The notes below the pieces were generated by a model. It searched no databases and was not told the DNA's origin. It worked only from the letters and a program-made list of their open reading frames with translations. Position numbers and translations under genes: made by a program. Below, in pieces: positions 48,023-59,559 of a stretch of 64,000 nt of DNA. Source of the DNA: Bdellovibrionales bacterium (GTDB taxonomy: Bacteria; Bdellovibrionota; Bdellovibrionia; Bdellovibrionales; UBA1609); the NCBI GenBank assembly GCA_041690295.1, contig JAWLHR010000002.1:160001-224000 (forward strand), given 5' to 3'. Position 1 is the stretch's first letter. Every line of letters starts with the position of its first letter.

Positions 48023-48188
48023 CGCCGACTTACGACTTCCGATTCTTCGGCCTACATGTTCCCAAGTTGATAAAAGGACTACGTTTTATCGAAACTGGGC
48101 GCTGATGGTCGGTTAGAAAAGGGTATCCTTTTGCTCGGACGTCGGCGGTGACAAGGAATTAGAAGAACAAAAAAGCGAGAAAGTCTGT

Positions 48189-48506
48189 ATGCAGAGCCAA
48201 AAAATTCGCATTCGATTGCGCGCCTTCGATCATAAACTTTTAGATCAATCGACGAAAGAAATCGTCGAAACCGCACGTCGTACCGGCGCGCGCGTGGCCG
48301 GACCGATTCCACTTCCCACTCGAATCAACAGATACACGGTTTTGCGTTCGCCTCACGTTGATAAAAAATCCCGCGAGCAATTCGAAGTGCGTACACACAA
48401 GCGTCTGCTCGACATTCTCGAGCCCACTCAGCAGACGATCGACCAATTGATGAAGCTCGATCTGTCGGCCGGTGTGGATGTCGAAATCAAGTTATCCGTG
48501 GTTTAA
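48189..48506 (+). CDS. rpsJ: 30S ribosomal protein S10
   Basis: [21 protein letters not shown]. Confidence 0.99.
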   Translation: MQSQKIRIRLRAFDHKLLDQSTKEIVETARRTGARVAGPIPLPTRINRYTVLRSPHVDKKSREQFEVRTHKRLLDILEPTQQTIDQLMKLDLSAGVDVEIKLSVV

Positions 48507-48521
48507 GAAAGCTGAGGAAAC

Positions 48522-49193
48522 ATGTCTGACACTGAAACCAAAACAGAAACTCAAGCGGCCTCCGGCGATCTGCAATTGAACGGTTTGTTCGCCTTCAAAG
48601 TGGGAATGTCGGCGGTTTACGAAGACGGTGAGCGGATTCCGGTCACCGTTTTGAAATATGAACCGATGGTCGTCAGTCAGGTGAAACAAAAAGAAAAAGA
48701 CGGTTACGAAGCCGTGCAAGTGGCTTTTGTTCCGGATCGCGCTTCGCAAACCAATTCCGCCATCAAAGGCCATTTGCAGAAGGCCGGCTTTGAAAACGGC
48801 GCGAAGTTCGTTCGGGAATTCCGTATGACTCCGCCGGAAGGTGTGGCGGTTGGACAAAAAATCGCTCTGAATTCGCTTAAAAAAGGTGATGTCGTGAAAG
48901 TCACCGGACTTTCCCGCGGTCGTGGATTCCAAGGCGCTGTTCGCCGTTGGAACTTTGGCGGCGGTCCGGCTTCGCACGGTTCCGGTTTCCATCGTAAACC
49001 GGGTTCCGTCGGTAACCGGACTTGGCCGGGTCGGGTTATGCCCGGTAAGCGCATGGCGGGTCAGTGGGGTAATGAAACCACCACGATCCGGAACATCACT
49101 GTGGTTGACGTCATTCCGGAAGAAAACGTGGTTCTGGTTAAAGGAGCCGTGCCCGGTTCCCGCAACAGTTTGGTCCGCTTAACGAAGGTTTAA
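48522..49193 (+). CDS. rplC: 50S ribosomal protein L3
   Basis: KVGMS, GFQG, PASHGS, GKRMAG. Confidence 0.98.
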   Translation: MSDTETKTETQAASGDLQLNGLFAFKVGMSAVYEDGERIPVTVLKYEPMVVSQVKQKEKDGYEAVQVAFVPDRASQTNSAIKGHLQKAGFENGAKFVREFRMTPPEGVAVGQKIALNSLKKGDVVKVTGLSRGRGFQGAVRRWNFGGGPASHGSGFHRKPGSVGNRTWPGRVMPGKRMAGQWGNETTTIRNITVVDVIPEENVVLVKGAVPGSRNSLVRLTKV

Positions 49194-49196
49194 GAT

Positions 49197-49823
49197 ATGT
49201 CCAGCGTAGATGTTTTAAATTGGGATAAGAAGAAAGTGGGAAGTGTCGAGCTGGAGGATTCCGTTTTCGCCATTCCCGTTAAAGAAGAGATTCTGCAAAC
49301 GGTTGTTCGTTGGCAGCTCGCGTGCCGTCGGCAGGGCACCCACAAAGCTAAAACCCGCGGTGAAGTGAGCGGTGGTGGAAAGAAACCGTTCAAACAAAAA
49401 GGCACCGGTAACGCCCGTCAGGGTTCGAGCCGTTCGCCGTTGATGCCCGGTGGTGGTATCACCTTCGGTCCTCAGCCGCGCGATTACAGCTACGTTCTTC
49501 CGAAAAAAGTGCGCCGGTTAGGTCTTCGCACGGCCTTGTCCCGCTTGAACAAAGAAGGACGTTTGTTCGTGATCGACAACATGACGTCCGAAGGAAAAAC
49601 CAAAGAGCTGGCCAAGCGCTTGAAAAGCTTCGGCGTGGAAAAAGCGGTTTTGGTTGATGTTAAGCCGGACGACAAATTTTCGCGGGCTTCGCGCAATCTA
49701 AAAAGTTTCCGTTATTACGGCGTGGAAGGCCTGAACGTCTACGATCTGATGAAATATGATTCTTTGCTTTTGACCAAGGATTCCATCGCCAAGGTCGTCG
49801 AACGTTGCGGAGAAGGGAAGTAA
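49197..49823 (+). CDS. rplD: 50S ribosomal protein L4
   Basis: KQKGTGNARQGS. Confidence 0.98.
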   Translation: MSSVDVLNWDKKKVGSVELEDSVFAIPVKEEILQTVVRWQLACRRQGTHKAKTRGEVSGGGKKPFKQKGTGNARQGSSRSPLMPGGGITFGPQPRDYSYVLPKKVRRLGLRTALSRLNKEGRLFVIDNMTSEGKTKELAKRLKSFGVEKAVLVDVKPDDKFSRASRNLKSFRYYGVEGLNVYDLMKYDSLLLTKDSIAKVVERCGEGK

Positions 49824-49826
49824 ATC

Positions 49827-50105
49827 ATGTACTACGTGATTAAACGGCCGTTGGTGACAGAGAAGAACAGCATTTTGGCGGAAAAGAACGTTTACGTTTT
49901 TGAAGTGGATCCGCGTGCGAACAAACAAGACATCAAAACCGCGGTGGAGAAATTCTTCCGAGTGAAGGTGGCCTCCGTGAATACGGCGATTTGCCGGGGA
50001 CGGTCCAAGCGGACCCGCTTCGGCGTGAGCCAGCCGGCGAAGTGGAAGAAGGCGATGGTTCGCCTCCAGGCCGGTGAGAAAATCAAGCTGTTTGAGGGAG
50101 CTTAA
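49827..50105 (+). CDS. rplW: 50S ribosomal protein L23
   Basis: PLVTEK, ANK, WKKA. Confidence 0.97.
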   Translation: MYYVIKRPLVTEKNSILAEKNVYVFEVDPRANKQDIKTAVEKFFRVKVASVNTAICRGRSKRTRFGVSQPAKWKKAMVRLQAGEKIKLFEGA

Positions 50106-50107
50106 TC

Positions 50108-50944
50108 ATGGGTATCAAGACGTTTCGTCCCCGCAGTCCTGGCCGTCGCACGATGACGGGATATGATTTCGCGGAAATCACAAAGAAAAGACCCGAGCGC
50201 AGTTTAACGGTTTGGAGTCATCGAGTCGCTGGTCGTAGCAACACCGGTATGAAGTCCATCCGCTACAAAGGCGGCGGACACAAGCGGCTCTATCGCATTA
50301 TCGATTTCAAGCGGGATAAGTTCGACGTTCCGGCCACCGTGGCGGCGATCGAGTACGATCCCAATCGCACCTGCCGGATCGCGCTCCTTCACTATAGAGA
50401 CGGTGAAAAGCGTTACATCATCGCCCCGATCGGACTGAAAGTCGGTGACACTGTGGTGTCCGGCGACGGCGCCGACATCAAGCCGGGTAACTCTCTTCCG
50501 TTGGGATTAATTCCCGCGGGTACAGTGATCCACAATATTGAAATGCGCCCGGGTAAAGGCGGACAAATCGGCCGCGGCGCCGGTGCTGAAGCCACGCTCG
50601 TTGGTAAAGTCGGTAAGTACTGTCAGGTGAAATTGCCCTCGGGCGAAGTTCGCCAGATTCTTTCTATCTGCCGGGCCACGATCGGTCAGGTGGGCAACAC
50701 CGATAATGAGAACATCAGCTTGGGTAAAGCGGGTCGGTCTCGCTGGCGTGGAATTCGCCCGCACGTTCGAGGCCAAGCCATGAACCCGATCGATCACCCT
50801 CTTGGTGGTGGTGAAGGTGTCGGTAAAGGTCATCACCCGGTGACTCCTTGGGGTCAGCCGAGCAAGGGCTTTAAGACCCGACACAACAAGCGTACGGACA
50901 AAATGATCATCAAACGCCGGGCGAAGCGTAAACAAAGGAAATAG
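50108..50944 (+). CDS. rplB: 50S ribosomal protein L2
   Basis: [19 protein letters not shown]. Confidence 0.99.
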   Translation: MGIKTFRPRSPGRRTMTGYDFAEITKKRPERSLTVWSHRVAGRSNTGMKSIRYKGGGHKRLYRIIDFKRDKFDVPATVAAIEYDPNRTCRIALLHYRDGEKRYIIAPIGLKVGDTVVSGDGADIKPGNSLPLGLIPAGTVIHNIEMRPGKGGQIGRGAGAEATLVGKVGKYCQVKLPSGEVRQILSICRATIGQVGNTDNENISLGKAGRSRWRGIRPHVRGQAMNPIDHPLGGGEGVGKGHHPVTPWGQPSKGFKTRHNKRTDKMIIKRRAKRKQRK

Positions 50945-50953
50945 GAGCCAGTT

Positions 50954-51253
50954 GTGGGACGTTCAGTAAAAAAAGGTCCGTTTATCGACCACCACTTGTT
51001 GAAGAAAATCGAGCACGCGAAGTCCACCGGTGACAAAAAAGTCATCAAGACTTGGTCGCGGCGCTCGACGATTTTGCCCGAAGCGGTGGGATTGACTTTC
51101 GCCGTTCACAACGGTCGCAAGTTCATCCCGGTTTACGTGACGGAAAACATGATTGGCCACAAGTTGGGTGAATTCGCACCCTCGAGAACTTTTAACGGTC
51201 ACTCGGAAAAGAAAGCTCAGGCTGGGGCAGCTGCGGCGCCGGCTAAGAAGTAA
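50954..51253 (+). CDS. rpsS: 30S ribosomal protein S19
   Basis: TWSRRS, GHKLGEF. Confidence 0.99.
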   Translation: MGRSVKKGPFIDHHLLKKIEHAKSTGDKKVIKTWSRRSTILPEAVGLTFAVHNGRKFIPVYVTENMIGHKLGEFAPSRTFNGHSEKKAQAGAAAAPAKK

Positions 51254-51265
51254 AGGATTTAAGTC

Positions 51266-51598
51266 ATGGAAGTGAAAGCCAGTTTAAATTATGCCCGCAT
51301 CGGAGCCCAGAAGGCCCGCTTAGTGGCTGATCTGATCCGCGGCAAAGACGTGAACGAGGCGATCCGTTCGTTGACCTTCATGAAAAAGAAGGGCGCAGGC
51401 CTCATCAAGAAGCTTGTCGAGTCCGCCGTGGCCAATGCGGAAAACAAAAAAACGATCGATGTCGATAACCTTTATGTGAAATCAATTTGGGTGGACATGG
51501 GGCCGAGCCTTAAGCGGTATCGCCCGCGCGCCCAGGGACGTGCTTTTATGGTTAAGAAGAAACTCAGTCACATCAACGTCGTTTTGGACGAAAGATAA
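51266..51598 (+). CDS. rplV: 50S ribosomal protein L22
   Basis: KARLVAD, SAVANA, PRAQGRA. Confidence 0.98.
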   Translation: MEVKASLNYARIGAQKARLVADLIRGKDVNEAIRSLTFMKKKGAGLIKKLVESAVANAENKKTIDVDNLYVKSIWVDMGPSLKRYRPRAQGRAFMVKKKLSHINVVLDER

Positions 51599-51610
51599 GG
51601 AAGGAATCAC

Positions 51611-52276
51611 GTGGGACAGAAGGTTAATCCAATTGGTTTACGAGTTGGTGTGATTCGGACATGGGATTCGCGCTGGTACGCCAAAGGCAAGCAATATCAG
51701 GTGAACTTTCAAGAGGATCACCGCTTGCGCAAGTTCATCAAAGACAAGCTTAAGCATGCCGGCGTGGCCAAAATCGAAATCGAAAGAGCGGCGAACAAGG
51801 TTAAGATCATTATTTCGACCGCCCGTCCGGGCGTTGTGATCGGCAAAAAGGGCACGGGAATCGATGCTCTTAAAGCCGAGGTTCAAAAGCTCACCACCAA
51901 CGAAGTTTTCGTGAACATCCAGGAAGTTCGTAAACCCGATCTGGATGCCCAATTGGTGGCCGAAAATATCGCATTGCAATTGGAAAAACGGATTTCGTGG
52001 CGTCGCGCTTTGAAAAAGGCTTTGGCGTCGGCCGTGAAAGGCGGCGTTCGTGGAATTAAAATCCGAGTGAGCGGCCGTTTGGACGGTGCCGAGATCGCCC
52101 GTTCCGAGTGGTACAACGAAAAGAGCATTCCGCTGCACACTCTGCGCGCGGATATCGACTACGGAACGGCCGAAGCGCAGACCACTTATGGAAAGATTGG
52201 TTTGAAAGTTTGGATCTATCGCGGCGATGTTTATTCCGCTCGCGAGATCGAGGAGGCGGGTCGTGTTAAGTCCTAA
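51611..52276 (+). CDS. rpsC: 30S ribosomal protein S3
   Basis: [31 protein letters not shown]. Confidence 0.99.
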   Translation: MGQKVNPIGLRVGVIRTWDSRWYAKGKQYQVNFQEDHRLRKFIKDKLKHAGVAKIEIERAANKVKIIISTARPGVVIGKKGTGIDALKAEVQKLTTNEVFVNIQEVRKPDLDAQLVAENIALQLEKRISWRRALKKALASAVKGGVRGIKIRVSGRLDGAEIARSEWYNEKSIPLHTLRADIDYGTAEAQTTYGKIGLKVWIYRGDVYSAREIEEAGRVKS

Positions 52277-52670
52277 GCGAGTTAAATGGCGTCGTCAGCA
52301 TCGCGGTACCTGGAAAGGTATGGCGTTTCGCGGAAGCAAACTGGCTTTCGGAGATTATGGTTTGGCGGCGATCGAATCCGGAGTTTTGACCGCTCGCCAA
52401 TTGGAAGCCGGTCGTATCGCGATCAGCCGCTCGGTGAAACGTGGCGGTAAACTTTGGTTGCGCGTTTTCCCCGATCTTCCGTTGACCCGGAAGCCGGCGG
52501 AAACTCGTATGGGATCCGGTAAAGGAAGCCCGGAATTATGGGTGATGAAGATCCTTCCGGGCCGGATGTTGTTTGAAATGAACGGCGTCACCAAGGAACA
52601 GGCTGAGCAGGCATTCCGCCTGGCGGCTCATAAACTGCCGTTTAAAACCCGCTTTGTGGCACGGGAGTAG
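52263..52670 (+). CDS. rplP: 50S ribosomal protein L16
   Basis: GTG start after [17 protein letters not shown]. Confidence 0.97.
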   Translation: MLSPKRVKWRRQHRGTWKGMAFRGSKLAFGDYGLAAIESGVLTARQLEAGRIAISRSVKRGGKLWLRVFPDLPLTRKPAETRMGSGKGSPELWVMKILPGRMLFEMNGVTKEQAEQAFRLAAHKLPFKTRFVARE

Positions 52671-52672
52671 AC

Positions 52673-52867
52673 ATGAAGTTCGAAGATGTAAAGGAATTGA
52701 CCAGTACGGAATTGCGCAAGCGGATTTTGTTGCTTCGTGGGGAGCTGTTCGAGGCCCGGATGAAACACTCTATCGGGCAATTGGGTAACCCCATTGAATT
52801 GCGCGACAAGCGCCGGGATTTGGCGCGCCTCAAAACCGCGTTGCATATGAAACTGGGAACAAAATAG
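52673..52867 (+). CDS. rpmC: 50S ribosomal protein L29
   Basis: Size, synteny, GQL..P...RRDLARLKT. Confidence 0.93.
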   Translation: MKFEDVKELTSTELRKRILLLRGELFEARMKHSIGQLGNPIELRDKRRDLARLKTALHMKLGTK

Positions 52868-52881
52868 GCAGGGAATGAACA

Positions 52882-53184
52882 ATGGCTAACGAGACCAAAA
52901 ATCCGACTCCCCGAAAACGTCGCCTTGAAGTGGTCGGTGAAGTGATCAGTGACAAAATGAACAAAACGATTTCAGTTTTGTATTACCGTCGTGTCCGTCA
53001 TCCGAAGTACGGAAAGTACGTGAAGAAAACTTCCGTGTTCAAGGCCCACGACGAAAAGAATGAGGCCAAAAAGGGCGATATCGTGCGGATTCAGATGACT
53101 CGTCCGTTGAGCGCGACCAAGCGTTGGCGCCTGATGGAAGTCATCGAGCGGGCCGAAAAAGAGCTCGAAGGAGTGCAGATATGA
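52882..53184 (+). CDS. rpsQ: 30S ribosomal protein S17
   Basis: [22 protein letters not shown]. Confidence 0.97.
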   Translation: MANETKNPTPRKRRLEVVGEVISDKMNKTISVLYYRRVRHPKYGKYVKKTSVFKAHDEKNEAKKGDIVRIQMTRPLSATKRWRLMEVIERAEKELEGVQI

Positions 53185-53549
53185 TTCAGATGCAGTCCCG
53201 CTTGCGGGTGGCGGATAACTCCGGCGCGCGCGAAGTTCAGTGCTTGAAAGTGCTTGGCGGATCCAAGCGGCGTTATGCCGGGATCGGCGACATCGTTGTC
53301 GTTTCGATCAAGGACGCCATGCCCAACTCCAAAGTTAAAAAAGGTGATGTGGCGAAAGCTGTGATCGTTCGGACCACGCATAAACTGCGCCGGCCGGACG
53401 GAAGCTATATCCGTTTTGATGATAATTCCGCGGTGCTGATCAATGCGGCTAAAGAACCGATCGGCACTCGTATTTTCGGACCGGTCGCACGGGAATTGCG
53501 GGCCAAGCAATTCGTGAAGATCGTGTCGCTGGCTCCTGAGGTGATTTAA
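53181..53549 (+). CDS. rplN: 50S ribosomal protein L14
   Basis: [22 protein letters not shown]. Confidence 0.99.
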   Translation: MIQMQSRLRVADNSGAREVQCLKVLGGSKRRYAGIGDIVVVSIKDAMPNSKVKKGDVAKAVIVRTTHKLRRPDGSYIRFDDNSAVLINAAKEPIGTRIFGPVARELRAKQFVKIVSLAPEVI

Positions 53550-54101
53550 ATGGCGATGAAGATCCAACTTCAAGAAAAGTATAAGAAAGAGTTGGTTCCG
53601 GCGCTGATGAAAGAGCTTGGATTGAAAAATCCGATGCAAGTGCCGAACATCAAGAAAATCGTGGTGAATCTTTCCACCGCCGAAGCGGTGAAGAATCCCA
53701 AGGTTTTGAACAACGCCGTTGACGAGCTGACCGCCATCACCGGTCAGAAAGCGGTCATCACGAAAGCGAAGAAGTCCATCTCGAACTTCAAACTTCGTGA
53801 AGGGATGCCGATCGGCGCGATGGTGACATTGAGAAAAGAGCGCATGTGGGCTTTTCTTGAGCGCTTGATCCACATTTCTCTTCCGCGTGTGCGTGACTTC
53901 CGTGGTGTTTCGTCCCGTGGTTTTGACGGCCGTGGAAACTTCAACATGGGACTTAAAGAGCAGATTATTTTCCCGGAGATCGATTACGACAAAGTCGATC
54001 TGGTGCGGGGTATGAACATCACAATCTGCACGTCGGCCGCGAATGACAATCAGGGACGGGCTTTGCTTGAAGCATTGGGCATGCCCTTCAGAAAGCGATA
54101 A
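53550..54101 (+). CDS. rplE: 50S ribosomal protein L5
   Basis: [27 protein letters not shown]. Confidence 0.98.
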   Translation: MAMKIQLQEKYKKELVPALMKELGLKNPMQVPNIKKIVVNLSTAEAVKNPKVLNNAVDELTAITGQKAVITKAKKSISNFKLREGMPIGAMVTLRKERMWAFLERLIHISLPRVRDFRGVSSRGFDGRGNFNMGLKEQIIFPEIDYDKVDLVRGMNITICTSAANDNQGRALLEALGMPFRKR

Positions 54102-54116
54102 GAGGAAGTAGGTCGT

Positions 54117-54506
54117 ATGGATACTATCGGTGAATTTTTGACGAGAATTCGCAATGCCGGAGCCGCCCGCCATGAGAAGGTGGATATTCCCTCTTCAAAT
54201 GTGCGCGTTGGCATCGCCAAGATTCTTTTGGATCAGGGTTACATCCGTTCCTTCAAAGTGGTCCGTGATGGCAAGCAAGGCGTGATGCGGGTTTATTTGA
54301 AATACAACGAAAAAGGCCGCCCGATCATCACGGGTATTCAACGTGTGAGCCGTCCGGGTCGCCGGGTTTATGTGAAATCGGACAAGATCCCTCTCGTTCG
54401 CGATGGATTCGGAATCTCGATTCTGAGCACCAATCGCGGCGTGGTGGATGGCGAGACCGCTAAGCGCGAGAAGCTCGGCGGTGAACTCATTTGCAGTGTT
54501 TGGTAG
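54117..54506 (+). CDS. rpsH: 30S ribosomal protein S8
   Basis: LTRIRNA, SRPGRRVY, GGELIC. Confidence 0.98.
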   Translation: MDTIGEFLTRIRNAGAARHEKVDIPSSNVRVGIAKILLDQGYIRSFKVVRDGKQGVMRVYLKYNEKGRPIITGIQRVSRPGRRVYVKSDKIPLVRDGFGISILSTNRGVVDGETAKREKLGGELICSVW

Positions 54507-54513
54507 GTGAAGC

Positions 54514-55056
54514 ATGTCACGGATAGGAAAATCTCCGGTATTTTTTGACAAGGCCGTTCAGGTCTCGGTCACACCTAAAAACGAAGTGGTCGTTAAGGGC
54601 GCGAAACACACCATGACCGTTCCCATGCGGCCGGAAATCACCGCGAAAGTTGAGGATGGCAAGGTTATCCTCACTCGCAAAGGAAACGAACCGAGCGTCC
54701 GTGCCTATCACGGGCTGTATCGGTCTTTGATTCAAAACGCGGTGACCGGAGTCTCCAAAGGTTGGACGCGCGAGCTTGAATTGAACGGCGTGGGCTTTCG
54801 GGCCGCGGTGAGCGGCAAAAAACTGGAGCTCACTTTGGGCTTCAGCCACCCGGTGGTCTACATGATTCCCGATGGAATCGAGATCAAGGTGGATAAGCAA
54901 ACCCGTATTTCGGTGAGCGGCCCCAGCCGTGAGCAGGTGGGACAAGTGGCGGCCAAAATCCGCAGCTTCCGTCCGCCGGAGCCCTATCTTGGTAAAGGTG
55001 TTAAGTACGTTGATGAAGTGATTCGTCGTAAAGCCGGTAAATCGGCTGCGAAGTAA
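54514..55056 (+). CDS. rplF: 50S ribosomal protein L6
   Basis: MSRIGK, LGFSHP, PEPYLGKG. Confidence 0.98.
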   Translation: MSRIGKSPVFFDKAVQVSVTPKNEVVVKGAKHTMTVPMRPEITAKVEDGKVILTRKGNEPSVRAYHGLYRSLIQNAVTGVSKGWTRELELNGVGFRAAVSGKKLELTLGFSHPVVYMIPDGIEIKVDKQTRISVSGPSREQVGQVAAKIRSFRPPEPYLGKGVKYVDEVIRRKAGKSAAK

Positions 55057-55069
55057 GGTCAGGTGAGAC

Positions 55070-55441
55070 GTGATTCGGATTAAATTAAAAAACAAAACAT
55101 CGTCCAAGGTGACCAAGAGACTGAAAAACAAGGCGCGCATCCGCAAAAAAGTGGATGGCACCATGGAACGCCCGCGATTGTGCGTGTTCCGTTCGGGACG
55201 TCATATTTACGCTCAGGTGATTGATGACAGCACCGGACGCACGATGGTGGCCTATTCGACTTTGGAAGGCGATTTGAAAAAGAAAAACATCGAAGCCGCC
55301 AAACAGGTGGGAGCCGAAATCGCGAAACGAGCTTTGAGCAAAAATATTAAACAAGTGGTTTTTGATCGCAGCGGCTATGTGTTTCATGGTCGAATCAAGG
55401 CCGTCGCTGACGGCGCCCGCGAAGCGGGATTGAGCTTCTAA
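55070..55441 (+). CDS. rplR: 50S ribosomal protein L18
   Basis: [19 protein letters not shown]. Confidence 0.98.
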   Translation: MIRIKLKNKTSSKVTKRLKNKARIRKKVDGTMERPRLCVFRSGRHIYAQVIDDSTGRTMVAYSTLEGDLKKKNIEAAKQVGAEIAKRALSKNIKQVVFDRSGYVFHGRIKAVADGAREAGLSF

Positions 55442-55448
55442 AGGAGCA

Positions 55449-55922
55449 ATGCAAGTGGACAATATCCAGGGTGAATTGCAGGAAAGAGTGGTGGCCATCA
55501 ATCGCGTGGCCAAAGTCGTCAAGGGTGGTCGACGGTTTTCATTTTCCGCTTTGGTTGTCGCGGGGTCAGGCCAAGGTGAAGTGGGTTTCGGCACAGGTAA
55601 AGCCGGCGAGGTTCCCGAAGCTATCGGTAAGGCGGGACGGATCGCGAAGAAATCCATGCGTAAGATGGTTCTCAAAGAGAACCGCACGATTCCCCACCAG
55701 GTGATCGGCCGTTTCGGCGCCGCTAAAGTGATTATGATCCCCGCCTCTCCGGGAACGGGAGTTATCGCGGGCGGTCCCGTGCGAGCCGTCTTGGAAGCCG
55801 TGGGGATTAAGGATATTTTAACCAAATGCGTGGGCACCACCAATCCCCACAACGCGGTTCGGGCGACAATGGATGGTCTCAGCCAGTTGATCGATCAGCG
55901 CCCGACAAAAGCGGCAGAGTGA
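55449..55922 (+). CDS. rpsE: 30S ribosomal protein S5
   Basis: [20 protein letters not shown]. Confidence 0.98.
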   Translation: MQVDNIQGELQERVVAINRVAKVVKGGRRFSFSALVVAGSGQGEVGFGTGKAGEVPEAIGKAGRIAKKSMRKMVLKENRTIPHQVIGRFGAAKVIMIPASPGTGVIAGGPVRAVLEAVGIKDILTKCVGTTNPHNAVRATMDGLSQLIDQRPTKAAE

Positions 55923-55937
55923 ATCTGAGGTAGTGAT

Positions 55938-56123
55938 ATGGCGAAAAGTTTTAGAGTCACATTGAAACGCGGATTGATCGGCACCACGAAAGATCAGCAG
56001 GATGCGGCCCGCTGCTTGGGGCTGCGCCGCCGTCATGACACCAAAGTTGTGGCGGATAATCCGGCCAATCGCGGTCAAATTTTCAAGATCCAGCACTTGG
56101 TCGATGTGCAAGTGGAGAAATAA
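55938..56123 (+). CDS. rpmD: 50S ribosomal protein L30
   Basis: Synteny; LGLRR, DNPANRG. Confidence 0.93.
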   Translation: MAKSFRVTLKRGLIGTTKDQQDAARCLGLRRRHDTKVVADNPANRGQIFKIQHLVDVQVEK

Positions 56124-56125
56124 TC

Positions 56126-56563
56126 ATGAGCGCTCTGTCTAGCTTAAAAAAATTCCCGGGCTCAACACACAATTCAAAAGCTTTGGGTCGTGGCCGTGGC
56201 TCCGGAAAGGGCGGAACATCCACTAAAGGCGGCAAAGGGCAGAAGGCGCGCAAAGGCGCACCCATTCGCCGCGGCTTCGAAGGCGGACAAACGCCTTTGA
56301 TTCGTCGTATGCCGAAGGTGGGATTTAGTAATCGAGTTTTCGCCAACAGGTACGAAATCCTCAATCTCGAGCAACTTTCCAAATTCACAGGAACCGTGGG
56401 GCCGGAAGAGCTGGTGAAAGCCGGTCTGGTCCCGGCAGATTCGCGGATCAAGGTTCTCGGACGTGGCGAGGCCCCGAAGGGCTTAACCGTGCGGGCTCAC
56501 AAGTTCAGCGAAAGTGCGAAAGCCGCGCTTGAAAAGGCCGGAGGAAAAGTAGAGGTCATTTAA
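56126..56563 (+). CDS. rplO: 50S ribosomal protein L15
   Basis: GRGRGSG, GFEGGQTP. Confidence 0.98.
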   Translation: MSALSSLKKFPGSTHNSKALGRGRGSGKGGTSTKGGKGQKARKGAPIRRGFEGGQTPLIRRMPKVGFSNRVFANRYEILNLEQLSKFTGTVGPEELVKAGLVPADSRIKVLGRGEAPKGLTVRAHKFSESAKAALEKAGGKVEVI

Positions 56564-57885
56564 TGGCAGCACCCGGATTCAGCATCCCAGAGGAACTACG
56601 CAAACGGATTTTCTTCACATTAGGCATTTTGGCGATTTACCGACTGGGCGTGCACGTTCCGGTCCCTGGAGTTGACGCGGCCGTCATGCTCCAGTTCTTC
56701 CAGGCGCAATCGGGCAGTATCTTCGGGTTGTTCAACACCTTTACCGGTGGAGCGCTCGAGCGATTCAGCGTTTTCGCTCTGGGGATTATGCCCTACATCT
56801 CGGCGTCCATTATCTTCCAGCTGCTTCAATCGGCGGTGCCGTACTTGGAGCAACTTAAAAAAGAAGGCGAGCCGGGACGAAAAAAAATCAATCAATACAC
56901 ACGATACGCAACGATCGTTTTGGCGATCGTACAAGGCTGGGCCATGGCCTCCTATCTGGCCAATGCCGATCACCAGGGTCAGCCTCTTGTGGTGAATCGT
57001 TCCTTCGGCCCGGGATTGAGCTTCCACTTAGTCACCGTGCTCACGCTCGTCGCGGGAACTTGCTTTGTGATGTGGCTCGGTGAGCAGATCACTGAACGCG
57101 GAATCGGCAATGGATCCAGCTTGATCATTTTCACCGGTATCGCCGCGGGACTTCCGAGTGGTGCGATTCAGCTCTGGCAATTGGTGGACTCCGGTGAGAT
57201 CAACGGTTTGGTGGCCATGTTGCTTTTGGCGTTCATGGTCGTGGTCATCGGTATCATCGTGTTTTTGGAGGTCGGGCAGCGCCGGATTCCCATTCAATAC
57301 TCGCAGCGGGCAGCGACCCGCGAAGGTATGTCGCAGGCTCAGTCGTCCCATTTGCCGTTGAAAATTAATTTCGCCAACGTGATCCCGCCGATCTTCGCGA
57401 GCTCATTGTTGATGTTTCCGGCGACGATGACTCAGTTCGTGCAGAATCCGACGCTGCAAGCCCTGAGTTCAGCGTTGAATCCGGGGGCGACTCTTTACAA
57501 CGTGCTTTTCGTCGCGCTCATCGTCTTCTTCTGCTTCTTCTATACGGAGATCGTGTTTAATCCGAACGAAGTGGCTGATAACCTGAAGAAGTACGGTGGT
57601 TTTATTCCAGGCATTCGGGCGGGAAAGAGCACCGCTGACTATATTAAGAAAGTTTTGGATCGTTTGACCGTTTCTGGTGCGATCTACCTCAGCGTGATTT
57701 GCGTGATTCCCACTTTGTTGATCAATCAGTTCAAAGTGCCGTTTTATTTCGGTGGTACGAGCCTTTTGATTCTTGTGGGTGTGGCTCTGGATACAGCCCA
57801 GCAGATCCAATCTCATCTTCTGACGGCTCGTTATGAAGGCATGCTTAAGGGCGTTAGGCTCCGCAGCCGGAGGATTCAATATTGA
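56563..57885 (+). CDS. secY: Preprotein translocase SecY
   Basis: [32 protein letters not shown]. Confidence 0.99.
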   Translation: MAAPGFSIPEELRKRIFFTLGILAIYRLGVHVPVPGVDAAVMLQFFQAQSGSIFGLFNTFTGGALERFSVFALGIMPYISASIIFQLLQSAVPYLEQLKKEGEPGRKKINQYTRYATIVLAIVQGWAMASYLANADHQGQPLVVNRSFGPGLSFHLVTVLTLVAGTCFVMWLGEQITERGIGNGSSLIIFTGIAAGLPSGAIQLWQLVDSGEINGLVAMLLLAFMVVVIGIIVFLEVGQRRIPIQYSQRAATREGMSQAQSSHLPLKINFANVIPPIFASSLLMFPATMTQFVQNPTLQALSSALNPGATLYNVLFVALIVFFCFFYTEIVFNPNEVADNLKKYGGFIPGIRAGKSTADYIKKVLDRLTVSGAIYLSVICVIPTLLINQFKVPFYFGGTSLLILVGVALDTAQQIQSHLLTARYEGMLKGVRLRSRRIQY

Positions 57886-58532
57886 ACCTCATATTTTTTG
57901 GACCGCCAGGTGCGGGAAAAGGGACCCAGTCGCAGCTTTTGATTGAGCGCTTAAAAATGCGCCATCTGAGCACCGGGGACCTTTTTCGCGCGGCCATTAA
58001 GAACGAAACTCCGCTTGGCCGTGAAGCCAAAGGTTATTTGGATGCCGGGAAGCTGGTTCCGGATTCGGTGACCATCGGTCTCGTTGAGGAAGAACTCGGC
58101 AAACTGAGCGGCCAGAGCTTCATTCTGGACGGGTTTCCACGGAACGTGGCCCAGGCGGATGCACTGGAAGAGCTTTTGAAACGCATGAACTTGCGGATCG
58201 ATAAGGTCGTCTTTTTGGAAGTTCCTATGGAGCTTCTTTTAGGGCGGCTGACCGGACGGCGGGTATGTAAAAACTGCGGTGCTGTCTACCACGTCGAAAG
58301 CAAACCTCCCCGCAAGGAAGGGGTTTGCGATGTGTGTGGCGGCCCCGTGATTCAGCGGCCGGACGACAAGGCCGAGGTGATTCGTACCCGGCTTGAGGCC
58401 TACGAGCAGAGCACGCGTCCCCTGAAGGACTACTACAAGAACAAGGGGAACTACGTGGAGATTGACGGCGTGGGCACGACTGAAGAGGTTTTTGAAAGGC
58501 TGACAAAGGCCTTGCAAGTCAAGGCTCATTGA
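57882..58532 (+). CDS. adk: Adenylate kinase (Zn-lid type)
   Basis: [19 protein letters not shown]...CDVC lid. Confidence 0.97.
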   Translation: MNLIFFGPPGAGKGTQSQLLIERLKMRHLSTGDLFRAAIKNETPLGREAKGYLDAGKLVPDSVTIGLVEEELGKLSGQSFILDGFPRNVAQADALEELLKRMNLRIDKVVFLEVPMELLLGRLTGRRVCKNCGAVYHVESKPPRKEGVCDVCGGPVIQRPDDKAEVIRTRLEAYEQSTRPLKDYYKNKGNYVEIDGVGTTEEVFERLTKALQVKAH

Positions 58533-58597
58533 GTTAGCGTCCCGCTTTTGGTCTGAAGAAGTGGGATATTGGGTCCCTGGGATAGACTGGAGTTTAT

Positions 58598-58711
58598 ATG
58601 AAAGTCAGAGCTTCCGTTAAACGCATTTGCAATAAATGTAAGGTCATTCGCCGTCGCGGCGTTCTGCGCGTGATCTGCGAAAATAAAAAACACAAACAGC
58701 GACAAGGATAA
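58598..58711 (+). CDS. rpmJ: 50S ribosomal protein L36 (C+ zinc form; below the ORF-track cutoff)
   Basis: Hand translation [37 protein letters not shown]. Confidence 0.97.
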   Translation: MKVRASVKRICNKCKVIRRRGVLRVICENKKHKQRQG

Positions 58712-58717
58712 TCGAAG

Positions 58718-59092
58718 ATGGCTCGTATTGCGGGCGTAGACTTGCCCAGAAACAAACGAATCGAAGTGGCTCTTCAATATATCTACGGGATCGGAAAGAC
58801 CCGGGCTGCGATGATCGTGAAGGAAACCGGATTCTCACCGACTCTCCGGACCGACGATCTGACCGACGAAAACATCGCGCAACTTCGCGCGGTGATCGAG
58901 CGGAACTTCAAAGTTGAAGGTGATTTGCGGCGGGAAGTCGGTTTGTCGATCAAGCGCTTAATGGACCTAGGATGTTATCGCGGCCTTCGCCACAAAAAAG
59001 GTTTGCCGGTTCGCGGTCAGAGAACGCGTTCGAACGCGCGTACACGAAAAGGTCCTCGTAAAACAATCGCGAACAAGAAAAAAGCAGTTTAA
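58718..59092 (+). CDS. rpsM: 30S ribosomal protein S13
   Basis: [15 protein letters not shown]. Confidence 0.99.
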   Translation: MARIAGVDLPRNKRIEVALQYIYGIGKTRAAMIVKETGFSPTLRTDDLTDENIAQLRAVIERNFKVEGDLRREVGLSIKRLMDLGCYRGLRHKKGLPVRGQRTRSNARTRKGPRKTIANKKKAV

Positions 59093-59105
59093 GGAGTGAG
59101 TGGGA

Positions 59106-59513
59106 ATGGCTGACGCAAAAACCACCGACGATAAGCCCAAGGCATCGAAAAAGAAAATTAAGCGCAATGTTCCGATTGGCCGTTGTTTCATTCAGTCCGG
59201 TTTCGGCAATACGATTGTGACCTTCACCGACCTCAACGGCAACGCCGTTTGCTGGTCGAGCGCGGGCATGTTGGGTTTCAAGGGAAGCCGTAAAGGAACT
59301 CCCTTCGCCGCCCAAGTCGCCGCCGAAGACGCCGGTAAGAAAGCTCTTGAAGCTGGAATGAAAACAATTGACGTGGTCGTTCGCGGACCGGGCGCGGGTC
59401 GTGAACCCGCCATTCGTGCGTTGGCGTCGCTTGGTTTCCGAGTGACCGCCCTTCGCGATTTGACTCCGGTTCCGCACAACGGATGCCGGCCGCCGAAACG
59501 TAGACGCATCTAA
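59106..59513 (+). CDS. rpsK: 30S ribosomal protein S11
   Basis: [22 protein letters not shown]. Confidence 0.98.
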   Translation: MADAKTTDDKPKASKKKIKRNVPIGRCFIQSGFGNTIVTFTDLNGNAVCWSSAGMLGFKGSRKGTPFAAQVAAEDAGKKALEAGMKTIDVVVRGPGAGREPAIRALASLGFRVTALRDLTPVPHNGCRPPKRRRI

Positions 59514-59559
59514 TTTTTTGAACGGGAATTGAACGGGAGTAAGAATGGGACAATTGAAC

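Noticed and set aside
58533..58597. Absence of map and infA between adk and rpmJ
   Set aside because: These genes are frequently absent from this position, so it is not informative
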